Of a DNA stretch of 64,000 bases, positions 23,152 to 35,120 are shown in pieces. The notes under the pieces were generated by a model, which made no database searches, was not told where the DNA came from, and worked only from the letters and a program-made list of their open reading frames with translations. The DNA comes from Proteromonas lacertae (lineage: Eukaryota). Made by a program: the position numbers and the translations under genes. Each line of letters starts with the position of its first letter. Positions within the stretch are counted from its first letter, which is position 1. The stretch spans positions 1-64,000 of the forward strand of contig NGBS01000303.1 of assembly GCA_002245135.1 (NCBI GenBank), given 5' to 3'.

Positions 23152-24761
23152 ATGTCTTCTGAGTATATCAAGCTATTATTATCATCATAGGTATTTTGAA
23201 TCCCTTCTTGATCAATTACCTGAACCAAAATCTGTTTTTAAACACTTCTTCGAGGTTAATCAAGTTCCAAGAGGATCAAACCCAACTCAAGACAATTTAG
23301 AGAATTGTGACAAGATTATTGCCGCTATTTGCAAATGGACAAAGGATATGGGATATGAACCAATTGTTCTTCCGAGTAAAAACATCGTAATTAGAAAACC
23401 TGCTTCTAAAGGATGTGAAAATTTACCTGGAGTCTGTTTACAAGTACATATGGATATGGTTTGTCAAAAGAATGAAGGTGTTGATATTGATTTTAAAACA
23501 CAAGGAATTACACCTTATATTGATGGTGATTATATTAAAGCAAAAGGAACTTCATTGGGTGCTGATGATGGTATTGGTATTGCCATAGTGTTAGCTATAC
23601 TTGAAGATAAATCATTAATCCATCCACCATTAGAAGTATTAGTAACTAGAGATGAAGAAGTTGGATTATTTGGTGCAAATGCCCTAGAAAGTGGTGTATT
23701 AAAGAGTAAATACTTAATCAATGTAGATAGTGAAGAAGAAAAGTCAGTCTGTATAGGATGTGCTGGCAGTTTTTCATTAAAAATCGAAGCCCCATTTTTA
23801 AGAGTTCCAAAAAGAGATTTAAAGTATAAAGAAATTAGATTGAATAAATTCAGAGGAGGTCATACTGGTGTAGATGCTGATAAAGGAAGAGCTAATCCAA
23901 TAATGATGATTGGTAGGTTGTTAAAGACATGTGAAAGATTTAATTTCGTAATTAACGAAATTGAGTGTGGTACAGCCAGAAACAGTATACCTCGATCAGG
24001 AAGAATTGTTATTGGAGTTGCTCCAGGTATATATTATTGATATATTTATAAAAATAAATAGAAAATAGCAATATCTTAAATGAATTACTATTAAAAGAGT
24101 TTAATAACATAAAAGAAGAATATAAAACACCTGATGGTGATATGGAGATAGAAATTAAAGAAATTGCTGAGAATAATTTTAACCCAGTTGGTGTATCAGA
24201 ATCAATAAAGTAAGAAATATAAAGAAATATATATATTTTTTAATATTTTATAATAGATTGATTAATTTCTTAAATCATATTCCATTTGGTGTAGTTCGTT
24301 GGAGTCCTGAGTTGAAAGGGTTAGTAGAAACATCAATGACTGTTGCTGTAATCAAAACAATGAATGATCATTTTGAAATGATTGGAAGTTGTAGAAGCAG
24401 TAGAAATAGTCAATTAGATTGGATGTACAGTAGATTAAAGTCTGTCTGTGAGATGTGTGGATATGTTTTACATGAGAAAATGGGTAGTTATCCTGGATGG
24501 TTGAGTGATGCTAATAGTAAACTTAACAAAATCATTATTGATGAAAGTACAAAGGTGTATGGAGAAAAACCAAAGGTTTATTCCATTCATGCTGGTTTAG
24601 AATGTGGAATTATTAAGAACAAATATGATGATATGGATTGCAGTTCTATCGGTCCAGAAGTGAATAATGCTCATAGTCCTGAAGAAAGAGTGAAGATAAG
24701 TTCAGTATTACCTTGTTATCAAACTCTAGTTGGTAGTTTAAGGGAATTGGGCAAAAACTAA
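23152..24761 (+). CDS. pepD: Aminoacyl-histidine dipeptidase (M20C)
   Basis: LQVHMDMVCQK, GTSLGADDGIG, DEEVGL, GGHTG, IHAGLECG, AHSPEE; three introns. Confidence 0.92.
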
Positions 24762-24955
24762 TTGGTCTAATATGACTTATATCTTATAGTCAATTGATTT
24801 GGGTTAAAAAAAACAATTGTTAATCTAGAAAGTTCTTGATTTTTCGGTTTTAAAGCTTGATCTGGCTTGAATTCCTCAAACTTCTGAAGCGATTTTATTG
24901 GATATAACTTATCTCTAAAATTCTATTTTATTCTCTCAAGATTCTTTTTTAAATT

Positions 24956-25599
24956 ATGGCTTGCACAGGTCAAAAATTCCCTGATTTCGATTTACCAGCT
25001 GTTGTTAATGGCAAAATAAGTCATGTAAAGCTTTCTGATTACAAAGGAAAGTATTTAGGTATAAGATCTTTTTATAGAATTCAAATTTATTGCTTATAGT
25101 GATGTTATTCTACCCATTGGACTATACCTTTGTCTGTCCAACTGAAATTCTTGCATTTAACGATGCTGCTGATAAATTTGCTGAAAGAAAGTGCGATGTG
25201 ATTACAATATCTGGTGACAGTGTTTATTCTCATTTGTCATGGCAAGGAGTTCCAAGATCAAGTGGCGGTATTGGTCCCTTAAAGATTGCACATGCTTCTG
25301 ACTATACCCATGAATTAGTAAAACAATTAGGTATTTATCACACTGGTAAAACCTCAGATGATAACAATGGAGCTTGTTATCGTGCTTTATATGTAATTAA
25401 CCACGATGGTATAATTGCTCAAACTATTATTAATGATTTCGGAATTGGTCGTAGTGTAGATGAATGTTTAAGATGTTTAGATGCTTATGAATTTGTAAGA
25501 ACAACTGGTAATGTTTGTCAAGCTAACTGGAAGAAAGGTGATAAAGGTATTCAAGCAACAAGTGAGGGAATTAAGAAGTTCATTGTAGACTTAAAGTAG
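24956..25599 (+). CDS. Typical 2-Cys peroxiredoxin, copy 2 (intron 25059-25099)
   Basis: Same protein as 7279-7922. Confidence 0.95.
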
Positions 25600-25727
25600 A
25601 CGAGAGTAAATCGTAATTAATAAATAATTGTTTAAAATTATTAAATTGTTTGTTTAAATGGGTAATTTTCTGAAATAAAGCATAACGATTAACATAATAA
25701 TAATAATAATAAAATATATTAATAATC

Positions 25728-27287
25728 TTATTGTTTCATTGCCTTTTTAATAGTTTCTTCCATCAATTCCAAATTATCAGAAGGTAATTGAGTAATAGTA
25801 GAAGCATATTTCTGTTTAATAAAATTCAAATGATCCATATCTAAACCATTCGCTATTAAATTCACAGCACATCCTTTCTTACCCATTCTCCCAGTCCTTC
25901 CAATTCTATGTAAATAAGTCTCACAATCCACTTTCTTAGTTTCAATATTAATTGGTAAATCGTAGTTTATAACCAGTGTAACTCCACTTACATCTATACC
26001 TCTACTCATCACATTAGTCGTGATCAATATCTTCGTCACTCCTCCTCTAAATTCCTGCATTATAGTGTCTCTTTGCTCTTTTAATAATCCTCCTGTTAAT
26101 ATACCAACTTTATGACCAGAGTTACGTAAGAAAGCAGTTAATTTTTCACATGTTTTTCTTCTTTCACAGAATATGATTGTTTGACCGAATGTCATAACGG
26201 AATATAAATCGTTAATTATTGTCATTTTTTGTGTTTTGTCTACATTTACATAGAATTGAACAATGTTAGTTAAATTCAACTCTTTAGCTGTTTTTGTAAT
26301 TGATAAAGCGTCTGGTGCCAAATATTGCACCATCTTTTTGATTTGTGGTGGATAGGTAGCTGAGAATAATAACATTTGTGGATGAATAGTTTTTGGAATT
26401 GCTTTAGATAATGAAGTAATACCTATTTTATAGTATTATTATTAAAATATACCATTATATTGATTCATTGTCAAATCATCAGCTTCATCAAATACCAACA
26501 TCTTCACTGTTTCCATCTTCAATAATCTACCTTGTATTGCTTGTGATACTGATCCAGAAGTTCCAATAATAATCTGACCTGTTACTGGAGCTTTTGGCCT
26601 TTCTACTACTAAATTACTACTGTGGTGTGAATAGGTCACTAGTTTGGATAATATATCGTATGTTTGCACTGCTAATTCACGAGTTGGAACTAGACAAACT
26701 GCTTGTGGATAAGGAACATTTCGATCTATACTCATCAAGATACCTAATAAGAAACAGACTGTTTTACCACTACCATTTACAGCTTGTGCCACTAGATTAC
26801 GTGGTGGTCTCTTTAATATGTAAGGCAAAGCTTGTGCTTGAATTTTGGAGGGTCTGTTGAATTTCATTATATTATAACTATTTATATGATAGAATGAACA
26901 ATAATATATATTTATTAATACATTGCATCTAATATATCTTGAGGTAAATTCAAATCTTCGAATTTTTCTGCAGCTAATAATTTCTCTAGGGCTTCATTAC
27001 CTTTCTTTTCATCTGTAATAGTAATAACTGCATCATCTTCATATTGTAAACCTTCTGTGGGTGGTTCTTCTGGTGCTTCATCTGGTTCATCATCCTCACC
27101 ATCATCTGCAAGATCAGCCCAATCCTATTACATAAAAAACGTTTAAATATACTACACGACTGTTAGATGGTGCTGGAGCTGGAGGAACAGCTTCTTTTGG
27201 TTTTTCTTCAGTAGCAGCAGGTGCTGGTGGTACTTCTGTTGCTTCTGGTTTTGTTTCTGGTGGATTCGTTACTTCTTCACTTGACAT
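25728..27287 (-). CDS. DBP5: DEAD-box RNA helicase DDX19/Dbp5
   Basis: WADL N-terminus, PSKIQ, AVNGSGKT, PTRELA, DEAD, FSAT, YLHRIGRTGR. Confidence 0.9.
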
Positions 27288-27351
27288 TTTAATTTGAAAA
27301 AAAAAGAAATTAATACAGCTATACAGTGTATTAATTGTATTGTTAACAAAA

Positions 27352-28660
27352 ATGCCTCGTTTATCTCAGCCAGTCACTCAAGTATTAGTCTAACAAGTTC
27401 TATGAGTTTATCATCATAGGTCAGATTCACAAATGTCGCTATTGTGAGATATAAAAGAGCAGGAATCAAATTCGAGATTGCTTGTTATAAGAATAAAGTA
27501 TTGTTTTCTCCATTTTATATATTTGATGTAGATACTTAACTATAGAGATGGTGTTGAAAAGGATATAACAGAAGTTTTACAATCAAACGAAGTGTTTACA
27601 AATACACAAAAAGTATAACTCTATAATGTTTATTATAATCAACAAATAGGGAGTAAAAGCGAAAAAAGAAGAATTAAAGATGGCTTTCAACACAGTTGAT
27701 ATAATGGAGTGTTGTAAGATAATTCTAGAGAAAGGAGAATATCAAATCAGTGATATGGAAAGAGAAGTAGTAATAGAAGATTTGACTTCCAAAATAGCTT
27801 CAACAATCTGTGAAATGTGTTATAATCCAGAAACAAACACTCAATATACAGTAAATATGATAAAAAATGCAATGAAATCTGTCAATTTTAAAGTATTAAT
27901 AGACAAAAGCCCTAAGCAACAAGCATTAAAATGTATTGGTCTATTAGCACAAAAAATACCAATCAAGAAATATAAAATGAAAATTAATATTTATATTCCT
28001 TCTACCAATACAACCTTTCAATCATTAGTGATTGATCATTTTAAAATACCAATTTTAAATAAACTAATAGTAAATGCTAGTAAAAGTAATGCTGAAATTG
28101 AAAGTAATAAAAACAATACCAATAGTACAACATCAAGTGGTGAAGAAAAGAAGACTATTATATACACATGTGTAATTGAACCATCTCAATTTAGACCAAT
28201 AGAATTATATTTAGAAGATAATATGTATAGAAATGCTGAAATATTGGAGAGAACAGTGATGGATGTACAATCAACAACAAATACAGCAATAAAAGAAGAA
28301 ACACTTCCACCACCACCACCATCTACATCAACAACAACTACTATTGAAGATACAACTGCAAAAGACAATATAATGCCGCCATTACCTAGTGCATCTATTA
28401 AACCAAAACTACAACATCCTCATCCTCATCATCAACAACAACAACAACAAGCTGAAGATATTCGACCTTCTGGTAAGTTTATATGTAAGTCATGTAATGT
28501 TGGTTTTGAGAATAAAGATAAACATCGAGAACACTTCAAAACAGATTTTCATAGATATAATCTCAAGAGGAAAACGAAAGGATTAGAACCAGTGGATGAA
28601 AAAGAGTTTGAGTCGATAGAAAAAGCAGATTTAGAATCATTTTTTCATGAATTGTATTAA
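27352..28660 (+). CDS. SBDS: Ribosome maturation protein SBDS with C-terminal C2H2 zinc finger
   Basis: [46 protein letters not shown]. Confidence 0.92.
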
Positions 28661-28709
28661 ATATAGTTTAAAAAAAAATGTTTTTTAAAAATATTAAAAA
28701 CTAAAAAAA

Positions 28710-29072
28710 TTAATCAACTTTGAATTTTTCATCATCATTCTCTTCGGAAGTATCTGACAAAGAATTTCTTAATTTCTCAGCAATTAAATCAGTTTCTTCT
28801 TGAAATGCAATAATAGCATAAAATCCTGTAATTATAATACATGAAACCATAGCAATAATGCCACTAAAACCTAATCTTGATTTCTCTTCAATATTTGTAT
28901 CTAATAATAACATATATGAGTTCATACGTGGTGTGATATATTTATAAGTAACAAAAAAAGTTGTTAAAGGAACAGTAAGCATAATGAAGGTGAATATCAA
29001 AAAATTTGCAATCACAGAATGTTGATTTAATCGAATTGTCCTATAGAGGTATTATTTGAGCAAAATATACAT
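28710..29072 (-). CDS. VMA21: VMA21-like V-ATPase assembly factor
   Basis: Two TM helices (FLIFTFIMLTVPLTTFF; SGIIAMVSCIII), AFQEE, C-terminal KFKVD; start codon split by a 30-nt intron. Confidence 0.7.
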
Positions 29073-29197
29073 TGTCACAACAGAAAATCGAAAAAAACGA
29101 AAAGTAAAAGGTTTGATTAAAGCTTGATTCTCTTTCTTTCAGATTTCATTATATACACAACAAATTCATTAAAAGAGCATATACTTCAATTAATCAT

Positions 29198-30334
29198 TTA
29201 CTTATCACACCAATCAAAAAATCCAATTTTAGTCAAATCATCTTTCAACATCTTTTCAGCTGCTTTAGTGAGTTGCTTTCTAGGTAATCTAGCATATCCA
29301 ACATCACAACCAGTTAGCTTCATTATTGCTTTTAATAATTCAATACTACCAACACCTGGTCCATATTTCCCTCCATTGTAATAAACCACACCAGCTAAGT
29401 CATTAGCATTTTTCTGATGTGCCATAGCTTCTTTTAAATTGCCTTCTTTGAAGTATTTCAAAACCAAAGAGAATTCATGACCAACTAAAGAAAATGTAGC
29501 TCCAATACCACCTTCAACACCCATAGCTAATCCACCCAAGAAAGTATCTTCTCTACCTAACAACATACTGTATTTATGGTCTAAACTCAAACATCTTTCT
29601 AATTCAAATAAATTGTAATTGGTATATTTCATTCCACACAATGTTGGTACTTTCTTATGAGCAGCTTCTAATACTTTTTGTGTTGGGAAGGTTGTACCTG
29701 TCATTTCTTGGAAGTGGTAATAGTATAATGGTGTTTTTGGACAAGCTTCACTGACTTTAGATAACCATTCCACTAATCCATCAATATCACTTGGTTTGAA
29801 GAATGTTGGCGGTATTAATGCGATTGCCTTTACTCCTACTTCCTATTCAATATTATATATAGATATATATACAACAGCATGCTTTAGCTAAAGCAATTGT
29901 ATCATATAAACATTCACTGCCAATATGATCAAATACAGTGAAGTCTTTACCTTTACTAGCTTCCATCCATGCATCAACTACCTAATCCATTCAAATTATG
30001 AAAAATATACTTTGTTTCTTTCTTCTACAGTCATTGATACAGATTCTCCCATTGTACCACATACAAATGCTGCGTATACACCATTTCTGATGAGTCTATC
30101 AACTTGGTTAGGAATTGTTGATAAATCAAGTTCACCGTTTTGTTTAAATGCAGTATGAGATGCACATATTAATCCATGATATTCAAATGATGAAATATCA
30201 TTTTCATCTCTAAACCCACACCAATGATCTGAATTGCCTTCATCTACTTGATGAGAAGCTGTTGAATCTTCTTCTACCTTTGCAACTTTATCTTTTTGTT
30301 CTTTAGCTGAAGCAGCAGCTTTTCTTTTAGGCAT
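29198..30334 (-). CDS. N-acetylneuraminate lyase (NanA/NPL, DHDPS family)
   Basis: FVCGTMGES, PPTFFKP, LYYYH, Schiff-base GMKYT, GVEGGIGAT; two introns. Confidence 0.8.
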
Positions 30335-30648
30335 TTTATTGAAAAGATTTTTTAGGCTTGAATGAGTTTGATTTAATTTTATTTCAAATTCATTTGGCAG
30401 TCTTATTTTTAAGGCAATAACAATGAAAATTCAACCAATACATATTGTTTATTCCTTTTAAATTTATAAAACACATTCTTATTTTTGTGTTTATTTTCAA
30501 AAACTATTGAAAATGGTTGAATATATATATTCTATTTCATTACAAATTGATTATATGTTCTATAAAGCTTAAATATTCTTACATAAGGAAATAACAAAAT
30601 TCGAAAAACTGAAAGTGTCAAACATACTTGTCAAGCTTTTTCTAAGAT

Positions 30649-31550
30649 ATGAAATTTAATCACGACGAGGTACTTATTTAATTTTATACTTCTAGGTTTT
30701 GGACATTGTGAAAAAGTACATCACATGTAAAACGGAAGATGAAAAAATGAAGCTTGGTGAGAAAATATCACTTGATTATGGGTATATTTTAAATTTACTG
30801 TATAGATATCTTGGAGTTATGCACAGTCGTGATATTGAAAATACAGTTTACGATAAAGCTTATCAATCTCAGGATTTTTATTTTGATGATGGTACAGAAG
30901 ACATACTACAATTGCCATTTAAAAATCCACCTGGTACATGCTTCAAAGATCTTTACAATTGGAAAGCACCAGTGCAAATAACAAATACAACAGAAGCTTG
31001 TACAATTCAACTATATATTCAACAAATGTTACGTAATGATCCATCAAGATATAAAGAAATCAATAAATGTCCTTCAAAAGTCGCAGAAAACTTATGGTTG
31101 TGTGAATTATTCAGACAAGTTATAATTGATCTAAATTTCTTAGTCCTTGAACTAAGTACCGTATGTAAAAGCGACAATCCAGATTGTGCTAAGATGATAG
31201 CCACTACAACTTATGAATTCAGATGTGCTGCTCATTCACCCCCCAAACAGTGCAGTGCAATGGATTACATGTTACATACTTTAGATAATGTAACACTTAT
31301 ACTAAACTCACCCAAAGTATATACAGAACGTAATAAACCAAGTAAATCATGTCATCGAGATTTAGAAACGTTGGATAGAAGATTATATAGATTATATGCA
31401 CATGCATTTTTCCATCACAAGGATGTATTTGTTAATTATGAGAAAAAACACTATTTGTATAGAAGATTTATGGATATGACTGCTACTTATTCATTGGCAA
31501 CTCCTGATCAACTATTACCGAAGATACCGATTACTGCTTTTGATAATTAA
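30649..31550 (+). CDS. MOB4: MOB4/phocein family protein
   Basis: W..ELFRQ, CAKM.AT..EFRCAAH..PKQCSAMDYMLHTLD, RRLYRLYAHAFFHH. Confidence 0.88.
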
Positions 31551-31740
31551 TTAGATATGTATTTTTCAATTAACATAAATAATAATAAATAATAAATATT
31601 ATATTTTGTTTTATTTCGATTATTTGTTTTACCTTTTATTTGTAAATAAAAGAGAAAATGAAAATAACAAAATACAAACAAATCATATTTGTTATAATAG
31701 ATTATCAATTAACTTTGTGATTAATAAAAATAGGAGGATC

Positions 31741-33226
31741 TTATAATCCTAATAACATTCTATTTGGATCTTCAATTTTATCTCTAAGTGAAACTAAGAA
31801 CGAAACAGCTTCAGCACCATCTACAATACGATGATCATAAGTCAAAGCCAAATACATCATTGGTTTAGCAACTACATTACCTTTTGCATCAACTACAGCT
31901 CTCATTTTAGTACCATGCATTCCCAATATAGCAGATTGTGGTGGATTAATAATTGGAGTTCCAAATAATGAACCATAAACTCCGCCATTAGATATTGTGA
32001 ATGTTCCACCAGCCATATCTTCAATTGCAATTGTTCCTTTTCTTGCTTTCTTTGCTAATTCACCTATTGCTCCTTCAATCTCAGCGAAACTTAATCTATC
32101 AGCATTTCTTATAACGGGAACCATTAATCCAGTTGGTGTTGCTACAGCTACACTCATATCAACATAATCATGATATACTAATTCATCACCTTCTAATACT
32201 GAATTGATTGCTGGAATTTCTTTCAATGCCATACAACAGGCTTTTACATATGCAGACATAAATCCTAATTTCACACCTGTTCTCTCTAAAAATTCATCTT
32301 TAAACTTCTTTCTCATTGACATTAATGGACCCATATCTACTTCTTGGAAGGTTGTCAACATTGCACATGTGTTTTGACTGTCTTTCAGTCTTTGAGCTAC
32401 TCTTTGTCGAAGTCTACTCATTTTAACTCTCTTTTCTGGTCTTCCTGCTTGTGGTGGTCCAATAATTGTGATTGGTCCATTGAAGGAAACTGGAGCTATT
32501 AAATTAGCAGCTTTAGAGGGTGTTGGAGCTGGTTTACTAGCTGCTGCTGCTGGTGTGGCTGGTGTAGATGATGATGCTTTTGGTGCTTCTGTTTTAGCTG
32601 GTGTTGGTGCAGCTGCTGGTTTTGCTTCTTCTTTCTTTGGTTCACAGATTTTGTAAGTGAATAAGGCATCTCCTACATTTACTGTATCTCCTGCTTTGTG
32701 CATACATTCTTGGATGATACCGTGTTGTTCAGCAGTAATATCTACACTGATTTTATCTGTTTCTAATACGACAACTACATCTAATGGCTTTACATAATCA
32801 CCTGGTTCTATACAAAATTAATTATTGTTATTATGTGAATATTATAAATATATACGATGTTTATATTCACCAACTGAACCTTCTGAGACTGATTCACCCA
32901 TTTGTGGGATTTTTACTGTTACAACTTCACCAACTAGTAAAAATAATAAATAAATAGCATACTATTAGCAAAGAATCTACGTGAATTGTTGAACAATGGT
33001 GTAATTTGTCTATAAAGGGAATTACAAGAAAAAATACCTTATGGGTGTATTGATTATTGGAGTACCTATTTAAAATAATACTACAATGTTATACATCTTC
33101 TAAGTGTTGTGCTTGCAATATTTCTAGAAGCAACTCTTAAAAAACTGTTCTATAGGATGATAATATAAAATGAAGCAAAGATAATATTTATACAACACAG
33201 TTTCGACTTACAACTCTCTTAAACAT
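31741..33226 (-). CDS. DLST: 2-oxoglutarate dehydrogenase E2 (dihydrolipoamide succinyltransferase) with targeting presequence
   Basis: Lipoyl domain (PQMGESVSEG, LETDKISVD), MSRLRQRVAQRLK, LTYDHRIVDG. Confidence 0.95.
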
Positions 33227-33542
33227 CTCTAAAAACAAAGATATTGATAAACGTAGAAACTATAGGAGAAACCCTTGTAACGAATATATTTTTTCATTTT
33301 TCATTTTCAATCAAAATGAAAGAATTAGTGAGTTTTATGATAAATATATTTATATTTTCATCATAAAATTCAATGATATCATGATTTTTTTCATTTTTAC
33401 ATTTACAACTGTTTGAATTTGTTAAACTCAAAGCTTTCACTTGCTCTATAATCTTTAATACGAATTCTATCATACGAATTCAAACATAAATACATTTTAC
33501 ATTCAAATTATTTCTATACAACATCAGCATTCACTTCATAAA

Positions 33543-33901
33543 ATGCTTGAAACGACAGCAACAACCGATCCATCTTCAATAACATCAACAGAACAAAAAC
33601 AAAAGTTTGTGTAATAAAAACGAAATTCAGAATGACGTTTTAGCCTCATTGTTTTAAGCCTAAAAAAAACCCAAAATACCAGCTTATTTTGCATCTTCTT
33701 AAAAGAAGTAAGCAAAACCCCCACACACTGTATATACATTTCTTATTTTATTTTTATATTATACCTATGGCCTCATTAATATTTGTGGCTATTTGCTTTA
33801 CTTACACATTGTTTTGTTCTCATTCTTATTATGTATAGTTTATAACCCTTGTTATGGATATTGCATTCATCAACTACGCCCATCATGAACTCCCCCCATA
33901 G
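33543..33901 (+). promoter_or_regulatory. uORF-containing leader of AdoMetDC
   Basis: uORFs at 33543-33614, 33632-33643, 33767-33838 (possibly intronic) and 33854-33901 (MDIAFINYAHHELPP*), the last overlapping the main ATG. Confidence 0.6.
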
Positions 33902-34970
33902 CGCTCCAGATATATCAGGATTTGAAGGTCCTGAGAAAATCCTAGAAATTGTCTTTGACGTACCTACTTCTTCAGAAGGCTTACGTTCAATTCCAAGATC
34001 AGAATGGGATGAAATACTGTCACTTGCACATTGTGCAATAGTAGACTATGAATCAAACAATTTTTTTGATTCATACATCCTATCTGAATCTAGCTTATTT
34101 GTTTATCCCCAAAAATTATTAATCAAGACTTGTGGAACAACAACATTATTGAAAGTCATACCCAGATTAAAAGATTATGCAAAGAACAATGATCATGCTA
34201 TTAAATGGGTATGTTACAGTAGAAAGAACTTCATCTTCCCTCAAAATCAGAAATCTCCTCACAAAAACTTCAGTGAGGAAGTTCGTTTCTTAGAAGAGGA
34301 ATTATTAGATGGTGAAGCTTACATTTTAGGTCCAGTAACGAGTGATCATTGGTTTTGCTACGTATCTGACCAATTAGGTGATACCTGTGAGAATTACCGT
34401 GATGTAACAATGAATCTAATGATGTATGATATGGATAGCACTGTTGCTAAACAATTTTATAAAGATGATGATTATACCAATGTTGATGATGTTACAGTCA
34501 AAAGTGGTATTGGTGATTTATTACCAGGTTCAAAGATCCATGCATTTATGTTCGATCCTTGTGGTTACAGTATGAATGGTTTAAAAGATAACTGTTATTG
34601 GACAATCCATGTTACTCCTGAATCTCACTGTAGTTATGTTAGTTTTGAAACTAATATGAAAATGAAAGATTACAATCAATTAATTCAAAAGGTATTGGAA
34701 GTATTCAAGCCAGGTAGATTTACATTATCCTTCTTCGCTGATGAAAATGGATTAAAAGACTTATCAGCTGAACCATATCGTAATAAAACCTTTACTTATC
34801 CAGAAACTGGTAAATTATATTATAGAACTAATGTTGCTATGACGAATATTACAGGAGGTTATATTAATGGTGTTGGGAACTTTATATGTGGAAAAAGTGA
34901 AAAAGATGCTCAAATTAGAGGAAAGAAACATACTGCTAAATGTCTTGATATGGTTATTGGGGAATTGTAA
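33885..34970 (+). CDS. AMD1: S-adenosylmethionine decarboxylase proenzyme
   Basis: GFEGPEK, YILSESSLFV self-cleavage site, KTCGTT, FDPCGYSMN, TIHVTPE. Confidence 0.97.
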   Translation: MNSPHSAPDISGFEGPEKILEIVFDVPTSSEGLRSIPRSEWDEILSLAHCAIVDYESNNFFDSYILSESSLFVYPQKLLIKTCGTTTLLKVIPRLKDYAKNNDHAIKWVCYSRKNFIFPQNQKSPHKNFSEEVRFLEEELLDGEAYILGPVTSDHWFCYVSDQLGDTCENYRDVTMNLMMYDMDSTVAKQFYKDDDYTNVDDVTVKSGIGDLLPGSKIHAFMFDPCGYSMNGLKDNCYWTIHVTPESHCSYVSFETNMKMKDYNQLIQKVLEVFKPGRFTLSFFADENGLKDLSAEPYRNKTFTYPETGKLYYRTNVAMTNITGGYINGVGNFICGKSEKDAQIRGKKHTAKCLDMVIGEL

Positions 34971-35120
34971 ATATAGATAATAAATGTATCTTTTTCCCTT
35001 TTTATTATTATTATGAGTCGTTTTTAGCAGTGTAATAAATTTTAACATTTTCTTCTTTTTTATTTTTTATAAATTGATTTTATTTTTGTTAATATTATAA
35101 AAAAAACAATTAAACATGTA

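Noticed and set aside
28460..28660. SBDS-zinc finger fusion as a novelty
   Set aside because: Known architecture in plants and many protists.
33890..33905. Antizyme-like +1 frameshift from the uORF into AdoMetDC
   Set aside because: The main ORF has its own ATG upstream of the conserved FEGPEK motif, so no frameshift is needed.
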